From NCBI GenBank assembly GCA_016748015.1, contig JAAOMT010000283.1, forward strand, positions 438,108 through 502,107: a stretch of 64,000 nucleotides of DNA, given 5' to 3'. The notes beneath the pieces were generated by a model. The model searched no databases and was not told the origin of the DNA. It saw nothing but the letters and a program-made list of their open reading frames with translations. The DNA is from Geosiphon pyriformis uo1. Lineage: Eukaryota; Fungi; Glomeromycota. Both the position numbers and the translations under genes were made by a program. Of the stretch, positions 27,553 to 39,600 are shown piece by piece. How positions within the stretch are numbered: the first letter of the stretch is position 1; every line of letters begins with the position of its first letter.

Positions 27553-28239
27553 TAATCTTCTCTTCAAGACTGAGCTCTGTCGAAGTCCAAGCATTATCTG
27601 TGATATTAAGATAGTGGTCCAAGATAATTAAAGTGATTTGATCTGAAAATTGTTGAAATTTTAGTTCTGTGAGCTTTCCAATGTATTGAATTTTTATTGA
27701 ATGAAGTATTAGATTTTGTAGGACATTTTACAAGTGTTAAATAAATCATAGAGTCTAAAGACTGCTTTAAGTTTGTAGTGAGTGTTTGTTGGTCCAGCTG
27801 CTGTCTTAAATTCATTGTGAATTTGTTTTTGTATTGCTTTAAGAGTGATGTTTGTTGCTTCAAGTTCCAGTTTTCGTTCATAAAGTGTTTTTCCAATATG
27901 AAAATATCTATATATAAGGATATGTTCATTGTTCTGTTTGTTAAGGAATAGTAAAAGTTTTTGTTGAATTGTGGTATTTGGTAAAATATCAATAAAGGCA
28001 AATAAAAGGTTTTCTTTTAAAGCTTGCTTCAAAAGTTCTGGTAATTGATTTCCAGAGTGACTTCTTGTTTTTCTTCTATAAGGGTGATAATTCTGAAAAT
28101 TATTTACTACTGGGGCTGTGGTTTTTTTTTAAATGTAATTAATTTGACTTCCATTAATCGTTATGGATAGGTCAGGAAGTGTTTTTAAGGCTAACATTAA
28201 TTTTTGGGATATTTGTTGAATATTCTGAGGAATAATCAT
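27535..28239 (-). pseudogene. C1 ORF3, unknown protein in the env position
   Basis: MIIPQNIQQISQKL... with one stop and one frameshift; ends ...TSTELSLEEKIML across the PPT. Confidence 0.75.
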
Positions 28240-28414
28240 GATAAAAATGACTAACTAATAGTGAAATTTGAAAAGAATAAAGAAAATTATTTTTGGGTAT
28301 AGGGTTTTTTATTTGTTTTTGGGTTTAAGTGTTTCTTGTAATTATTTATTATTTTTGTTTTCTGTTTTTGTGTGTTCTTTAAAAAGATTATTGTAAAAAA
28401 AAATGTGTTGAATT

Positions 28415-29710
28415 AAGTATTCAGGTTTGGTTGTTGTTCTATTATAATTATTGGTTCTAAATTTCGAATCAGTCTCTATGTGCAACTTTTGCTAGTATTT
28501 TGTCATTAAGTCTTAACTTGTATAATCCATTGTTTAGAATTTCGTGGATATAAAATGGTCTATCTCATTTATGTTCAAATTTTCCACTTCATTGTTTTTC
28601 AGTCTTAGTTCTGTGTAAGAGAACTTTATTTCCAACTTTAAATTCGTTGGTAATTGGTGGTAGTTTGTTGTTATGTCTTTTTTTTTGTAAATCTTAGGAG
28701 TGTTTAATATAAGTGGCTGCTATGTATCTTTTTTCTTTCAATGTACTAAGAAGAGTGCAGACTCTCCTTTGAAGTGTTTCTTGAAAGTTTTTTTCATTGA
28801 TTGGTTGTATCAGGTATGTTTCTACTGTAAAATTAATTGGTAATGTTGCTGTTCTTCCATAAGTAAGATCAAATAATGTATGTTTCATAGTAGATTGTTT
28901 TAATGTTCTGTATACTAGTAACACTGATAAAATAAATATATCTTATTTTTGTTCAAAATTTGTTGAGACTTTGGCTAAAAATTCACACAATGTTCTGTTA
29001 AAACATTCTACAAGTCCATTTGTTTAAGGATGATAAGGTGATAATAGAAATTTTTTGACATTGAATTACTCACAAATTTCTTATATCAAGTTGTTTATAA
29101 AATGTGTTTCTTAATCAGATAAAAGTTTAATTGAGCATCCATGTCTACAAATAATGTCTTCATAGATGAAATTTGCTATTGATTTTGCATCTGCTCTCTG
29201 GATGGCTTTAGCTTTAAGCTATTTGGTAAGATAATCTACTGCAACTGCAATATAACGATTTTCTTGGGTTGTGATAAGTAATGGTCCGACTAAATTAATT
29301 CCAACTCTGTCAAAAGATTGTTCAACTTTGATTGAATTTAAAGATTCTATGGGGCAAGTTCCTCCTCTTTTTTAACAACTATTACAAAATTCTACATATT
29401 GTTGAATGTCTTTTTGCATATGAAGCCAAAAATAATATTCAAGAGTTCTTTGGATTGTTCTATCTCTTTTCAAGTGTACTGAAGAAGGATTTGTATACAT
29501 GTTGTATAAAATTGTTTCTTTTTCATTTTCTTGTACTAATCTGAGTGATTGGTTTGAATTCCTGCAATTTTTGTAATAAATTTTGTTGTGGTGTATGAAA
29601 TATTGTTTGAATTGGTGTTGTAATCGATGTTTTTTACTTGGAGACCAATTTTTTGGCATGATAAGAGTCTCCAAATAGTTTTTAAAGTTGTTATAATTTT
29701 TGGAATCTAT
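28415..29710 (-). pseudogene. C1 integrase
   Basis: (M)DSKNYNNFKNYL, YYFWLHM..CNSC, FDRVGINLVGP, YHP.TNGLVECFNR, TYGRTATLP. Confidence 0.9.
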
Positions 29711-29767
29711 TATTGTTTTGTTATTTTGTTAGTAGATTAGTAAGTTGTAATAAAATTGTTGTTGGTG

Positions 29768-32700
29768 TTAATTTTGTCTCATTCTTAAGAGACTGTCAAC
29801 ATTGGTGTATAGTTTTCTTGGTATATGGTGTACAATATATTTGTAGTCTGTTAGAAAATTATTTCATTGAGACTGTTTGGCACTTTGTTCAGTATTCTTT
29901 TTGTTGAGCCATTTGAGACCAATATTGTCAGTTATGATATCAAATTTTTTTCCATTTTTCAGATATTATTGAAAGTGTTTAAGAGCCCAAATGACTGCAG
30001 CAGCTTTTAATTCAGTTGAAGCATATTTGAGTTCTGTTGGCTTGAGTGTTCTGCTGGCATAGACAATGATTTGTTCTTGGTCATTTTTATTTAATTGTGA
30101 TAGAATAGCACCAAATGCTATGTATAAAGCATTAATAACTAATTGAAATTGTTTGTTGAAGTTGGATAAGCAAGAACTGGTGCTGTTGTCAATTTTGTCT
30201 TGAGAGTTTCAAAGGCTTTTTGTTGTTCTTTAGTCCATTGGTATAACACATTTTTGTTGATAAGATAATTGAGTGGTTTGGCAATTTCTGAAAATTTTTT
30301 GATAAATTTCCAATAGTAAGAAGCTAATCCTACAAATTCTCGCAGCTCTGTAGTATTTTTAAAAGTTTGGAAGTTTTTGACAGCACTGATTGTTCTAGAG
30401 TTTGGTTTAACTCCATCTTTGCTAACTATGTGTCTAAAAAAAATTAAGCTTGTTTTTCTAAAGTGATATTTTTTAATGTTCAATTTCAATCCTGCTTTCT
30501 GTAATCATTGAAAAACTTCTCACAAGTAAATAAGATGAGCTTCAAAACTTGGTGAGTACACATTAGTGTTATCAAGATAGACAACTACTGATTGTTATAA
30601 AAGTTTTTCATATACAACATTCATAAGTTGCTAAAATGTTGTTGGTATATTACAGAGTCCAAAAGGCATAATATTGAACCCATAGTTTCCTCCTTGGATG
30701 GTAAATGCTGTTTTGGGTCGATTTTTTAGATTTATTTCAACTTGTCAGTATTTACTTTCCAAGTCTAAAGTTGAGAAGAACTTGGCTTTTCCTAAAGCAT
30801 CTAACATGTCATTAATTCTTGGAAAAATGTAGGCATCTCCAATTGTTATGCTGTTGAGCTGACAATAATCTACACAGAATCTGATTTTTCCATTTTTCTT
30901 TTTGACAAAAACCACTGATAAGGCCCAAAGACTTTTTGATAGTTGGATTAATCTATTATTGAGCATTTTTTGGATCTCTTCTCTGATAAATTGGTGGCTG
31001 GCAGGTGAAACTTGATAGGCTTGTTGTTGTTTTGGTAGAGCATCTGCTGTATGGATCTGATGTTAAACAATATTAGTTTTTCTCAGGTTATTGTTGTCTT
31101 TTGCAAATATATCTGCAAATTCAGCTATTAGCTATTTCAATTGTCTTTGTTGTTGGAGTTCTAAAGAATCCATGTTAATTCGAGAGAGTTTTTCTTCCAA
31201 AAAGTGGTAGTTTTTAGTAATAGAAATGATGTTTAGATTTGGAAGTAGAGTATGTCTTACAATTTCAATAAAATTGAAAACACTTTGAGAGTTTTTATTC
31301 TAAAAGATGTTGCTGTGTATGATTTCAATTTTTAATTTATTCAATAAAACAATAGGGTAATTATTGGGATTGTAGAATGTAACTCAAAATTTTTTTATTT
31401 CTTTGGGAATATAAATGTTTGGGATTGAGATTTCATGCTTTAAACAGATTTGTTCATTGGATTTAAAGATTTGTTGGGTAGTAGTAGGTTTTAAGCAAGT
31501 GTAAATTTCGTGATGTTTTCCAAAAGATGAAATGGTAATTGGTTGGAAAAGTTGAAGAATCTGGTAAGATTTATTCTGTGCATTGAAAGCTATGTTTATT
31601 GGAACTGTAAATCATTCAGTTGAACCAAAATCTTGAATTCCTCTTTTACTTTTTCCTAATTGTTCTCTGTTGTTAACTGATTGTAAACCCAAAATGTTAA
31701 TTAAGAGTAGATAGATTGCTTGGGCAATTTTTTTAGCATGTTCAATTCTAAATGGTTTGTTTGTTTCATTCTGTAATATGATGATAATGTCTCTAGTATA
31801 TCTTGCATCTATAACTCTTCCTTTGATATTGATTCCTTTGCTTGCCAATGATGATTGAAAAGCAATTTGTATCATTGTTTTTGGTGGTATTTCAAGAGCA
31901 ATTTTGAGATTGATTTTGGTTAAAAATTTTGGTTGAAGAACCAAAGTGTCTTTGCCAGGATATCTGAGATCATATTCTGTATTAATTTTATGAGTTTTTT
32001 CTGGTTTTATTCTTTGTTCATTGTTGTCAAAGTATTTAAGTTGTATAGCAGGCTGGTTTTCAGTAAGATAGATGAATGTTGTTGTGATTTCTTCTTTTGT
32101 TTCAGGTTTTTCAAATTCAATTTCTTTCTGGTCATTTTCACTGGGCAGAGGAATGCTAAAAACATAGTATTTTGAACACCATTTGTTATCACAAGGCATA
32201 ATGTATTCTTTACATAATTGAATGTTCATCTGCTTTAATTATTGAATTTGAGCTTCTTGGGTTGGGTAAGTATAGCTTACAATTTAGTAGTATGTCTTTA
32301 CTTTATTTTTATAGTTAAATCCAGCTAATTCTATTGTGTATTCAATATATTCAGCTTCTTTTATTTGTGTGGCTCCATTAATTAAAGTTATTGCTAGATC
32401 AAAGATCATTTCAATATTATAAGGATAGTAGTAGAGTTTGTTAAAAGCACTGTTGTATGCTGCATCAAAAGGTGTTTCTCTTCTGACTTTTTCCAAGATT
32501 AATAAAACATATTGGCAGGTTTGATCACATACTCTTTCTCTCATTGTAACATTAATTCAATTGCATTCTTCTGGTAGCATATCTTCACATATAAGACAAG
32601 AAGTGTTGTCCCATTTTTCACTTCTTTTGAGATATCCAAATCGTTCTCTATGGCATGCTTTGCAAAAGTAGTAGGTGTAAGTTTTATATTCCTCTTTTGA

Positions 32701-35348
32701 AAAAATACATGCTCCCATTAATGAAAGTTTTTTATTACAATCTTTGTATTTAAGTAGAATATAAGGTGGTTGTTTTTGTGGTTCTGGTGTAAAGTATCTA
32801 ACTAAATTTCATCCTTTGGTTTCTTCAAAGATTTTTTGTTCTGTTTTTTCAGCCCAATTGGATGATGATCTAAGAGTCATAAAGATTTTAGTAATTGGTA
32901 GTTCTTTTTCTTCTTCAAATTCAAATACTGGGACTTTTTCAAATTTTTTATTAAAAATACTATAGATGACAGGTACTCTAGTGTATTGTTCTTGGTATAA
33001 AATCTTCAATTTCTGAGTTTTCCAATCTAAATTTGCATTGACTTTGAGAAGCCAATCATTTTTAACCAAAGCTTGGTATTAAGGTGCATTTATAATTAGA
33101 ACTTTGACTGAAATAGTAATTTCATTAATAGTAAATAGGAAGTTGTCAATTTTTTATACTAGAGTTTTTTTCATGCCATCAGCTGTAACAATTACTGTTT
33201 GAGCTGATCTGTTAACATTTTTTCTAAGTTGTTGCATCAGTTGGTAAGTAATAATGCTTCTAGCAAATCCACTATCTAGAATCAAGTGGATTTGTTTTCT
33301 TTCCACTTCAGTTTTAGTATACATAGTAGTGATTGCTTTTTGCTCATTGATGGCTGCATTGCTAAGCAAAAATGATGATTTATTGGCTTCAAACTCAAAT
33401 GAAAATATATCTGAGAGATTGGCATTTTAAGCAATTTGGATTGGTAAAATAGTATTATTGAAAGGGTTTGATCTTGGTGCTGCAACTTCATTTTTTGGAA
33501 GTGCAGTTTGTTGAAAATCCGATTCTTCTGGCATTGTAAGATAACTGAATTGAGTGTAGTAGTGATGGGATCTTTGCTGACCAGAATTTTGAGGAACCAA
33601 CTGGTTGTTTAGGTTGATCCTGTTGTTATTATTATTGAATTAATTTTGGGATGTAAATTAGTTTTGTTGAATCAATTTTTGGGCAAGTACTTAGTATTGT
33701 TGTATAGGTGGCTGTTGATACTGTTGGATTGGTAGAGATTGTTGATATTGCTGCTGTGGGACAGGCTAATAGTAATTGTTTTGCTGTTGAGGTCTTGAAG
33801 AATAGTAGGCTGGTGGTGGAGGCTAATAATGAGATTGCTGTATTGAAGAGTAACATTGATTACTTCTGTTTTGTTGGTCTTTTTGTAGCTTTTTGCAATC
33901 TCATTTTCAATGTTTTGGAATCCCACAATAGTGACAACTTTGGTTTTGGTTGTTTGATGATGAGTAGTTGTTTTGGTTTTATCATTGTGATGGCTAATAT
34001 CTTTGTAATTGTTGCTGTTATTGTTGGTTGGTGAAATAATTTTCAACCTTTTTTGTAAGTTGGTTAATTTTCTTTTTAATTACTGAGCTGGTTTTTCTAA
34101 TAGCAAGATTCACAAGTTTGGTATGGTTTGCTTCTTCCATTGCTATTTTATAGTTCTTTACTTGTCTAATTGCTATTGCTAAGTCTTCTGAGACATGTGG
34201 GTGAACTTTCTTAATTAATTTGTCTTTTAATTCTGCTATAAATTGATCCAAAATCTGGGCATTAGAATAGTATTTATTGGTTTCCAATTGTCAAATTTGT
34301 TGAATCTTCTAAGATAGGTCATAACAGTTTTAGATGTTTCTTGTTTAATATTGCAAAAGCAATTGTGAAGAGTAATAGATGTGTTGTTATTAGTAAATTG
34401 TTATAAGAAAACATCTTTGAATGCTTGCCAGTTTTCAAATAGTTCTTTTAAGTTTTCAAACTATTTTCCTGCAGTTCTTTGGAAAAAGTATGAAATTGCT
34501 TTGAGCATTTTTGCTACATTCTATTCATTTACATTTTCTGTTTTTTGAACTTTGTTCAGCCATTCTTGAGAGCTGATATTATTATCTTTATTAGTAAATT
34601 CTGGAATTTTTGCAATATAAGCAGTTGCCATTTTTTCTTCATTTTCTGTAGTTTCTTCTTGTTTTAATTCAGTTTTTTTACTTCTCAAGTTCTTTGAAAG
34701 ATTACTTTCATTTTTTTGTAAGTAATCAATAATATTGGTGCTGATTGATATTGGTTTCTGCTGTTGAGTAGGACTTTTAGATAACTGAAAATCTTCTGAT
34801 TTTGTGAAGTAAATAAGTAGTAAATTTGGTGTTTGTGATTGAGTAAATAAAATTGGAAATAGTGTAATAGAAAGTGGTAATTTGACACTGGTTCTTTGTT
34901 TAGGTATTTGTAAGTGTTTGGCAGTTGTCTTTGGTGGTATTGAGGTATTTGGAATGGTTTTTGAGTATTGTTTTACTTTGTGTTTGCCTTTGTTGCTTGT
35001 TTTTGTTTCTGATTTAAAGTCAAAGGAGTATTTGGATTGTACTGGATATTTTTCTTTACAATACTGAATAATGCTAAAGTTAAGTTTTTGGAAGTAGGTG
35101 GCAAGTGTTTCACTGTTAAGGTCTTCAGTTCCCAATTGTAAATAGTGCAATAAATTATTGTAGAGATTGCTTCTAACTTCTGAAATGTTGTAGTTTCCTA
35201 AAAGATAATTGTTGATGTGGTTTTTAATGTATTAGTATACTGATTTCTTGACAACTTCAATTTCATCTGGAATGTTGAATCTTTGCTTGCAGTGGGTGTA
35301 AATTGACTGATAATACTCTAGAGTTGTTGTGTCTAGTGTGGTCACCAC
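29768..35348 (-). pseudogene. C1 gag-pol, apparently one ancestral frame: Gag, protease, Cys-rich domain, dUTPase, RT, RNase H
   Basis: IAKIPEF..EWLNKV, CHYCGIPKH..DC knuckle, LILDSGFARSII, RFCVDY.QLN, VYLDNTN, VYASRTL. Confidence 0.9.
31612..32045 (-). pseudogene. dUTPase domain of C1 (best-preserved copy)
   Basis: EYDLRY, QSSLASKGI, GRVIDARYTRDI, KIAQAIY, KRGIQDFGST, matching motifs 1-5. Confidence 0.93.
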
Positions 35349-35393
35349 TTTGAAATTGTTATTGCTGTGTTATTTCTGTAGGAGAGCACCAAA

Positions 35394-36363
35394 TGTTATC
35401 AGAGGTTTTTGGTCTCTTTTTTTGAATGTTGTTAATGTCTGTTTGTTGTAAATTCACGTTTTTTAGAAGTAGTTGAACCTCCAATAACTGAATTTATCTT
35501 CAAATTATCTCTTATAATTTGAACTGCTGGACTTATAAGTGGAGTGGCCAATTCTATGCCAGTTACATTATGTAGTTACATTGTAGTAAATGTCAACTCT
35601 TTCCCAGAAATTACTTATCTGGAAGCTCATTAAAAATGTGTAGTTACTTTGTTGTGAAAGTCAACTCTTCTACAGGAATCTCATTTGTAGGCTACCCTAA
35701 TGATTATGATAAGAAAAGAAAAGAAAAAGAAAAGAAATGTGAAAGAAATAGAATTTTGTCAAGAAAAACGTTTTCTATCCAGGTCTGAAGTCACTAACAG
35801 TTTATTGAAATTGGTAGCTAATCAATTTCAAAATGTTAGTTGTGTTGAGAGAATTTCAAGTGCAATAATCAAAGGATTTGGGTTTCGAATATTTAATTTT
35901 TATTTGAAATATGTAAAAAGTGATTTGTTTTAATTAAGATATCTAAAGTAGAATACTATGATAAAATACTATAAGAAGATACATTTTCTTGAAGAGAGAA
36001 GCTTTTCTTTTATACAACTTGTTGTAGTACTAGTCTTTGAACTTGCACTTTTCTCTTTGCTACAATTTGGGTAAACTAAAGATACATTTCAGCAAACTAC
36101 AAGTTATTTCACTGAACTATTGATTATTTCGGCGAATTTTCATTAATTTCGGCGAATTTTGACTATGTTAAATGGTTCAGAGTATTGTGTAATTGATCAT
36201 CTTAATTTTTATAGTACAAATCGGATTATTGATTGAGTAATGATATTTAATAATTTGATTAACTAGTAAGTAATAATCGAAATAATAATAATATATGCTA
36301 ATTAATAATAGAATTATAGAGGTAATTTCATGCTAATTAATAGCTAAAATTCTACTGGTAACA
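35394..36363 (-). repeat. C1 5' LTR
   Basis: Adjacent PBS TGGTGCTCTCCTACAG; TTTCGGCGAA repeat array; TATAAAA on the minus strand. Confidence 0.96.
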
Positions 36364-38110
36364 ATACTTACTATTACTATAAAACTTGTCATTAAAAACA
36401 ATTCAGATATTCCAAACAAAATGGAAAATAAGATAATATTTTTTGTCTTATATGCGAAAAAATGCTACCAAAATAATACAACTGAATTAATATAAAAAAA
36501 AAAAAACATCTATGATTAAACCTGTTAATATGCATTCTTAATTGCTAAAAAAGTAAAAAAAAAACTTCATTCAACACCACTTACAACAGTGCTTTTAACA
36601 AACTTTATTATTATTTACATAATACTAAAATAATCTATAAACTAACTATAGTTCTAATTAATAAAAAAATCTAAAAAGATATCTGCCAAATAAAAAAAGC
36701 TGAATATATTGAATACACTTTCAAAATTGCTAGATATAACTACAAAGATAAAGTTAAAACTTATCACCAAATTGCAAGTTATATTTACTCAATCCAAAAA
36801 GCTTAAATTTAACAATTAGAGTAAATAAACATTCAATTATATGAAAAATGCATTATGTCTTGTAATAACAAATGGTGTTCAAAATACTATGTCCTTAGTA
36901 TTTTATTGTTCAACAAAAATAACCAAAAGAAAATTGAATTTGGAAAACTCAAACCAAAGAAAAAACTGCCAATTATATTAATTTACCTGCTTAAGAATTA
37001 ACTAGTCTTATAACTTAAATACTTTAACAATAATAGTCAAGATATCAAGTCTAAAATGCTTATAAAATTGATACAAAATATAATCTATAATATTCTGACA
37101 AAAACGCTTTGGTTTTTTAATTCAAATTTCTAACAAAAATTAATCTAAAAATTGCTCTTGAAATTCTACCAAAAGCAATAGTTCAAATTGTTTTCTAATC
37201 ATTATTGGTAAGCAAAAAAATCAATGTTAGAGAAAAAGTTATAAATACAGGATATATACAGAAGATATTACAATTATGTTATAAAACAAAACTAATAATT
37301 CATTCAAAATTAAGCATGCTGAAAAAATTGCCCAAGCAATTTATTTATTCTTAATTAACATTTCAGGTTTACAATCAATTAATTAAAAAAAACAATTAGA
37401 CAAAAATATTTAAAGGAATTCAGAATTTTGGTTTAATAGAATGATTTACAGTTCTAGTAAATATAGCTTTTAATACACAGAATAAATTTCATTAGATTCT
37501 TTGACTTCTACAACCAATTACTATTTCATTTTTTGGAAAACATTATAAAATTTACATCTGCTCAAAATTAACTACCACTTACCAAATTTTTGAATCTAAT
37601 AAACAAATTTGTCTGAAATATAAAATCTTAATTTTAAATATTTATATTCCAAAAAAAATAAAAAAATTTCAAGTTACTTTTTACAATCCTAATAGCCATT
37701 CCATTGTTTTATTAAATAAATTATAAATTATAATTATACATAACAATATTTTCTAGGACAAAACCTTTTAGATTGTTTCTAATTTTATTGAAATTATAAG
37801 ATACACTCTTTTTTCAAATTCAAATATTCTTTCTATTATTAAAAATTATCATTTTATTGAAGAAAAACCTTTTTAAATTAACATAAATCTTTTGAAATTT
37901 TAACAGCAAAAACAGTCAAAACAACTAATTGCCAAACATGGCAACATATTTGTAAAAAATAAAAACAATCTTAAAAAAACAATATTATTTAACATTAAAT
38001 CTATACAGAAGATGTTCTACCAAAATACCAACAAGCATACAAAATCCCACCAACCAGCCACCAGTTTATTAGAAAAGAAGTCTAATGAATGCTTATTAAT
38101 AAATTTATTC
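36364..38110 (+). pseudogene. C0 part 2: Cys-rich domain, dUTPase (~37010-37445), start of RT
   Basis: Resumes exactly after the ATAC TSD; KIAQAIY motif; QQAYKIPPTSHQFI. Confidence 0.85.
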
Positions 38111-38214
38111 AAGAACAAACCACAAGTCACCACTTTTATAAAAGAAACAAATAATAATTGGCATATTTTATACTTGTCAGGACCAAAAAAAAACTATTCT
38201 ACTATTAAGATCTA

Positions 38215-39600
38215 GCATTCACTCAAAAAAACCAAAAGCAATATTTAAAACAACTAAACACTAGAATTTATAAACATTGTCTAATTTCCAATGACTTCAA
38301 ATATTGTGATAATTGTAATCTTATTTACAATCTACTACTGTGCATAATTTATTTAATCCTTAAAGAAGAAAAACCAATCAGCAAATGTGCATCAGAATCA
38401 GAATTAAAATTCAATTATAATTCAGACTCTGATAATAATGACAACAATAATTCCAATACTGTTTACTATGGTAACAATAATAATAATAATTCAAATTCCA
38501 ATTACAATTTTAAAAAATATATCACATTTTTAAATCTTTCAAAGGAACAGAAACTTAAATGGTTTAGTAATAATAATAAGAGTATTATGCCAAAATGTAT
38601 ATATAATATTGATACAGAATTTGATTTCAAATATCCAGAAAAAATTGTCATTAGATTGGAATTTTATTTACATATTAGTATAGATTTAAGAAATTTAAGA
38701 GATTTCAACAGAGCTCAAGATTAAAAAAAGAGAATAATATTACTTATAAAAAATTAGAAATTATATTAATAGATAAAATAACCAATTAGAAATAGACATA
38801 GTAAAAAGAAGAATTCCAGAATTTTTTTAGAGAATTATAAAATTGCAGAATTTTAGGATTTTTTTCAAAAAATTACAGGATTTCAGAATTTTAGATTTCT
38901 TTCAAGGAATTACAGGATTTTAAAAAATCTTGTATAATATAAATTATATATATATAATAAAAATGTTAAAAGCAGAAAAAATAATTTCAGAAAAATTTAA
39001 TAAAATAAATAAAATTTATTAGAGTTTAAAATAACAATATTTTTTCTTTTAAAAAATAGTTTTCTATAATTTGAAATAAAATTATTTACATATCAATAAA
39101 ATTATTTATTATTATCTAAAGCTATGTTATTATTACTTGATTAAAAAAATATTAATTCATTCTATTCTATCAATATTCTATGTTAATAGAATTTAATACT
39201 GAACCAATAGCTTTTGATTACAGCTATTAATAAAATACTAATTTTTTATTTTTTTATTTTATTTTTATTTTATTTTGTTTCTTTGTTGTTTACTAATTAA
39301 TTAAAAAGATTAAATATTAAGTATTTAACATCAAAGATAATCTGGTAAAAGACCTGGAAACAAAAATAAAAATTTAAGGATAACTTATCAGAAAGACACA
39401 ACTGCTAAAATAAACCAACCACTATACTAAAAAAAAATTTGCAAAAAAAATCATCAATTAAATCTCTGTTCATTATATAAAGAACTTAATCAAAACCTAC
39501 AGACTTTAAAACCTTCAGAAATTACCAATATTTCCAGCTATTAAGCACCAAATTATAAATTTGTTATTTGTTCTAATACCCCAAAAAATTATCTATAATA
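38215..39600 (+). mobile_element. Internally deleted family B 3' end (B2): Cys/Asn-rich fragment, dUTPase start, PPT, LTR 38738-39600
   Basis: 38220-38690 aligns to 6360-6830, then jumps to gagctcaagattaaaaaaagagaataa and a B-type LTR. Confidence 0.82.

Larger units (their letters stand above)
26593..36363 (-). mobile_element. Family C copy C1, full length, inserted into C0 in opposite orientation
   Basis: LTRs 26593-27552 and 35394-36363, TSD ATAC, PBS 35376-35391, PPT 27553-27568. Confidence 0.96.

Noticed and set aside
33516-33522. G GAT TTT slippery site in family C
   Set aside because: Gag and protease are already in the same frame here, and the -1 frame stops within about 10 codons; there is no supporting evidence.
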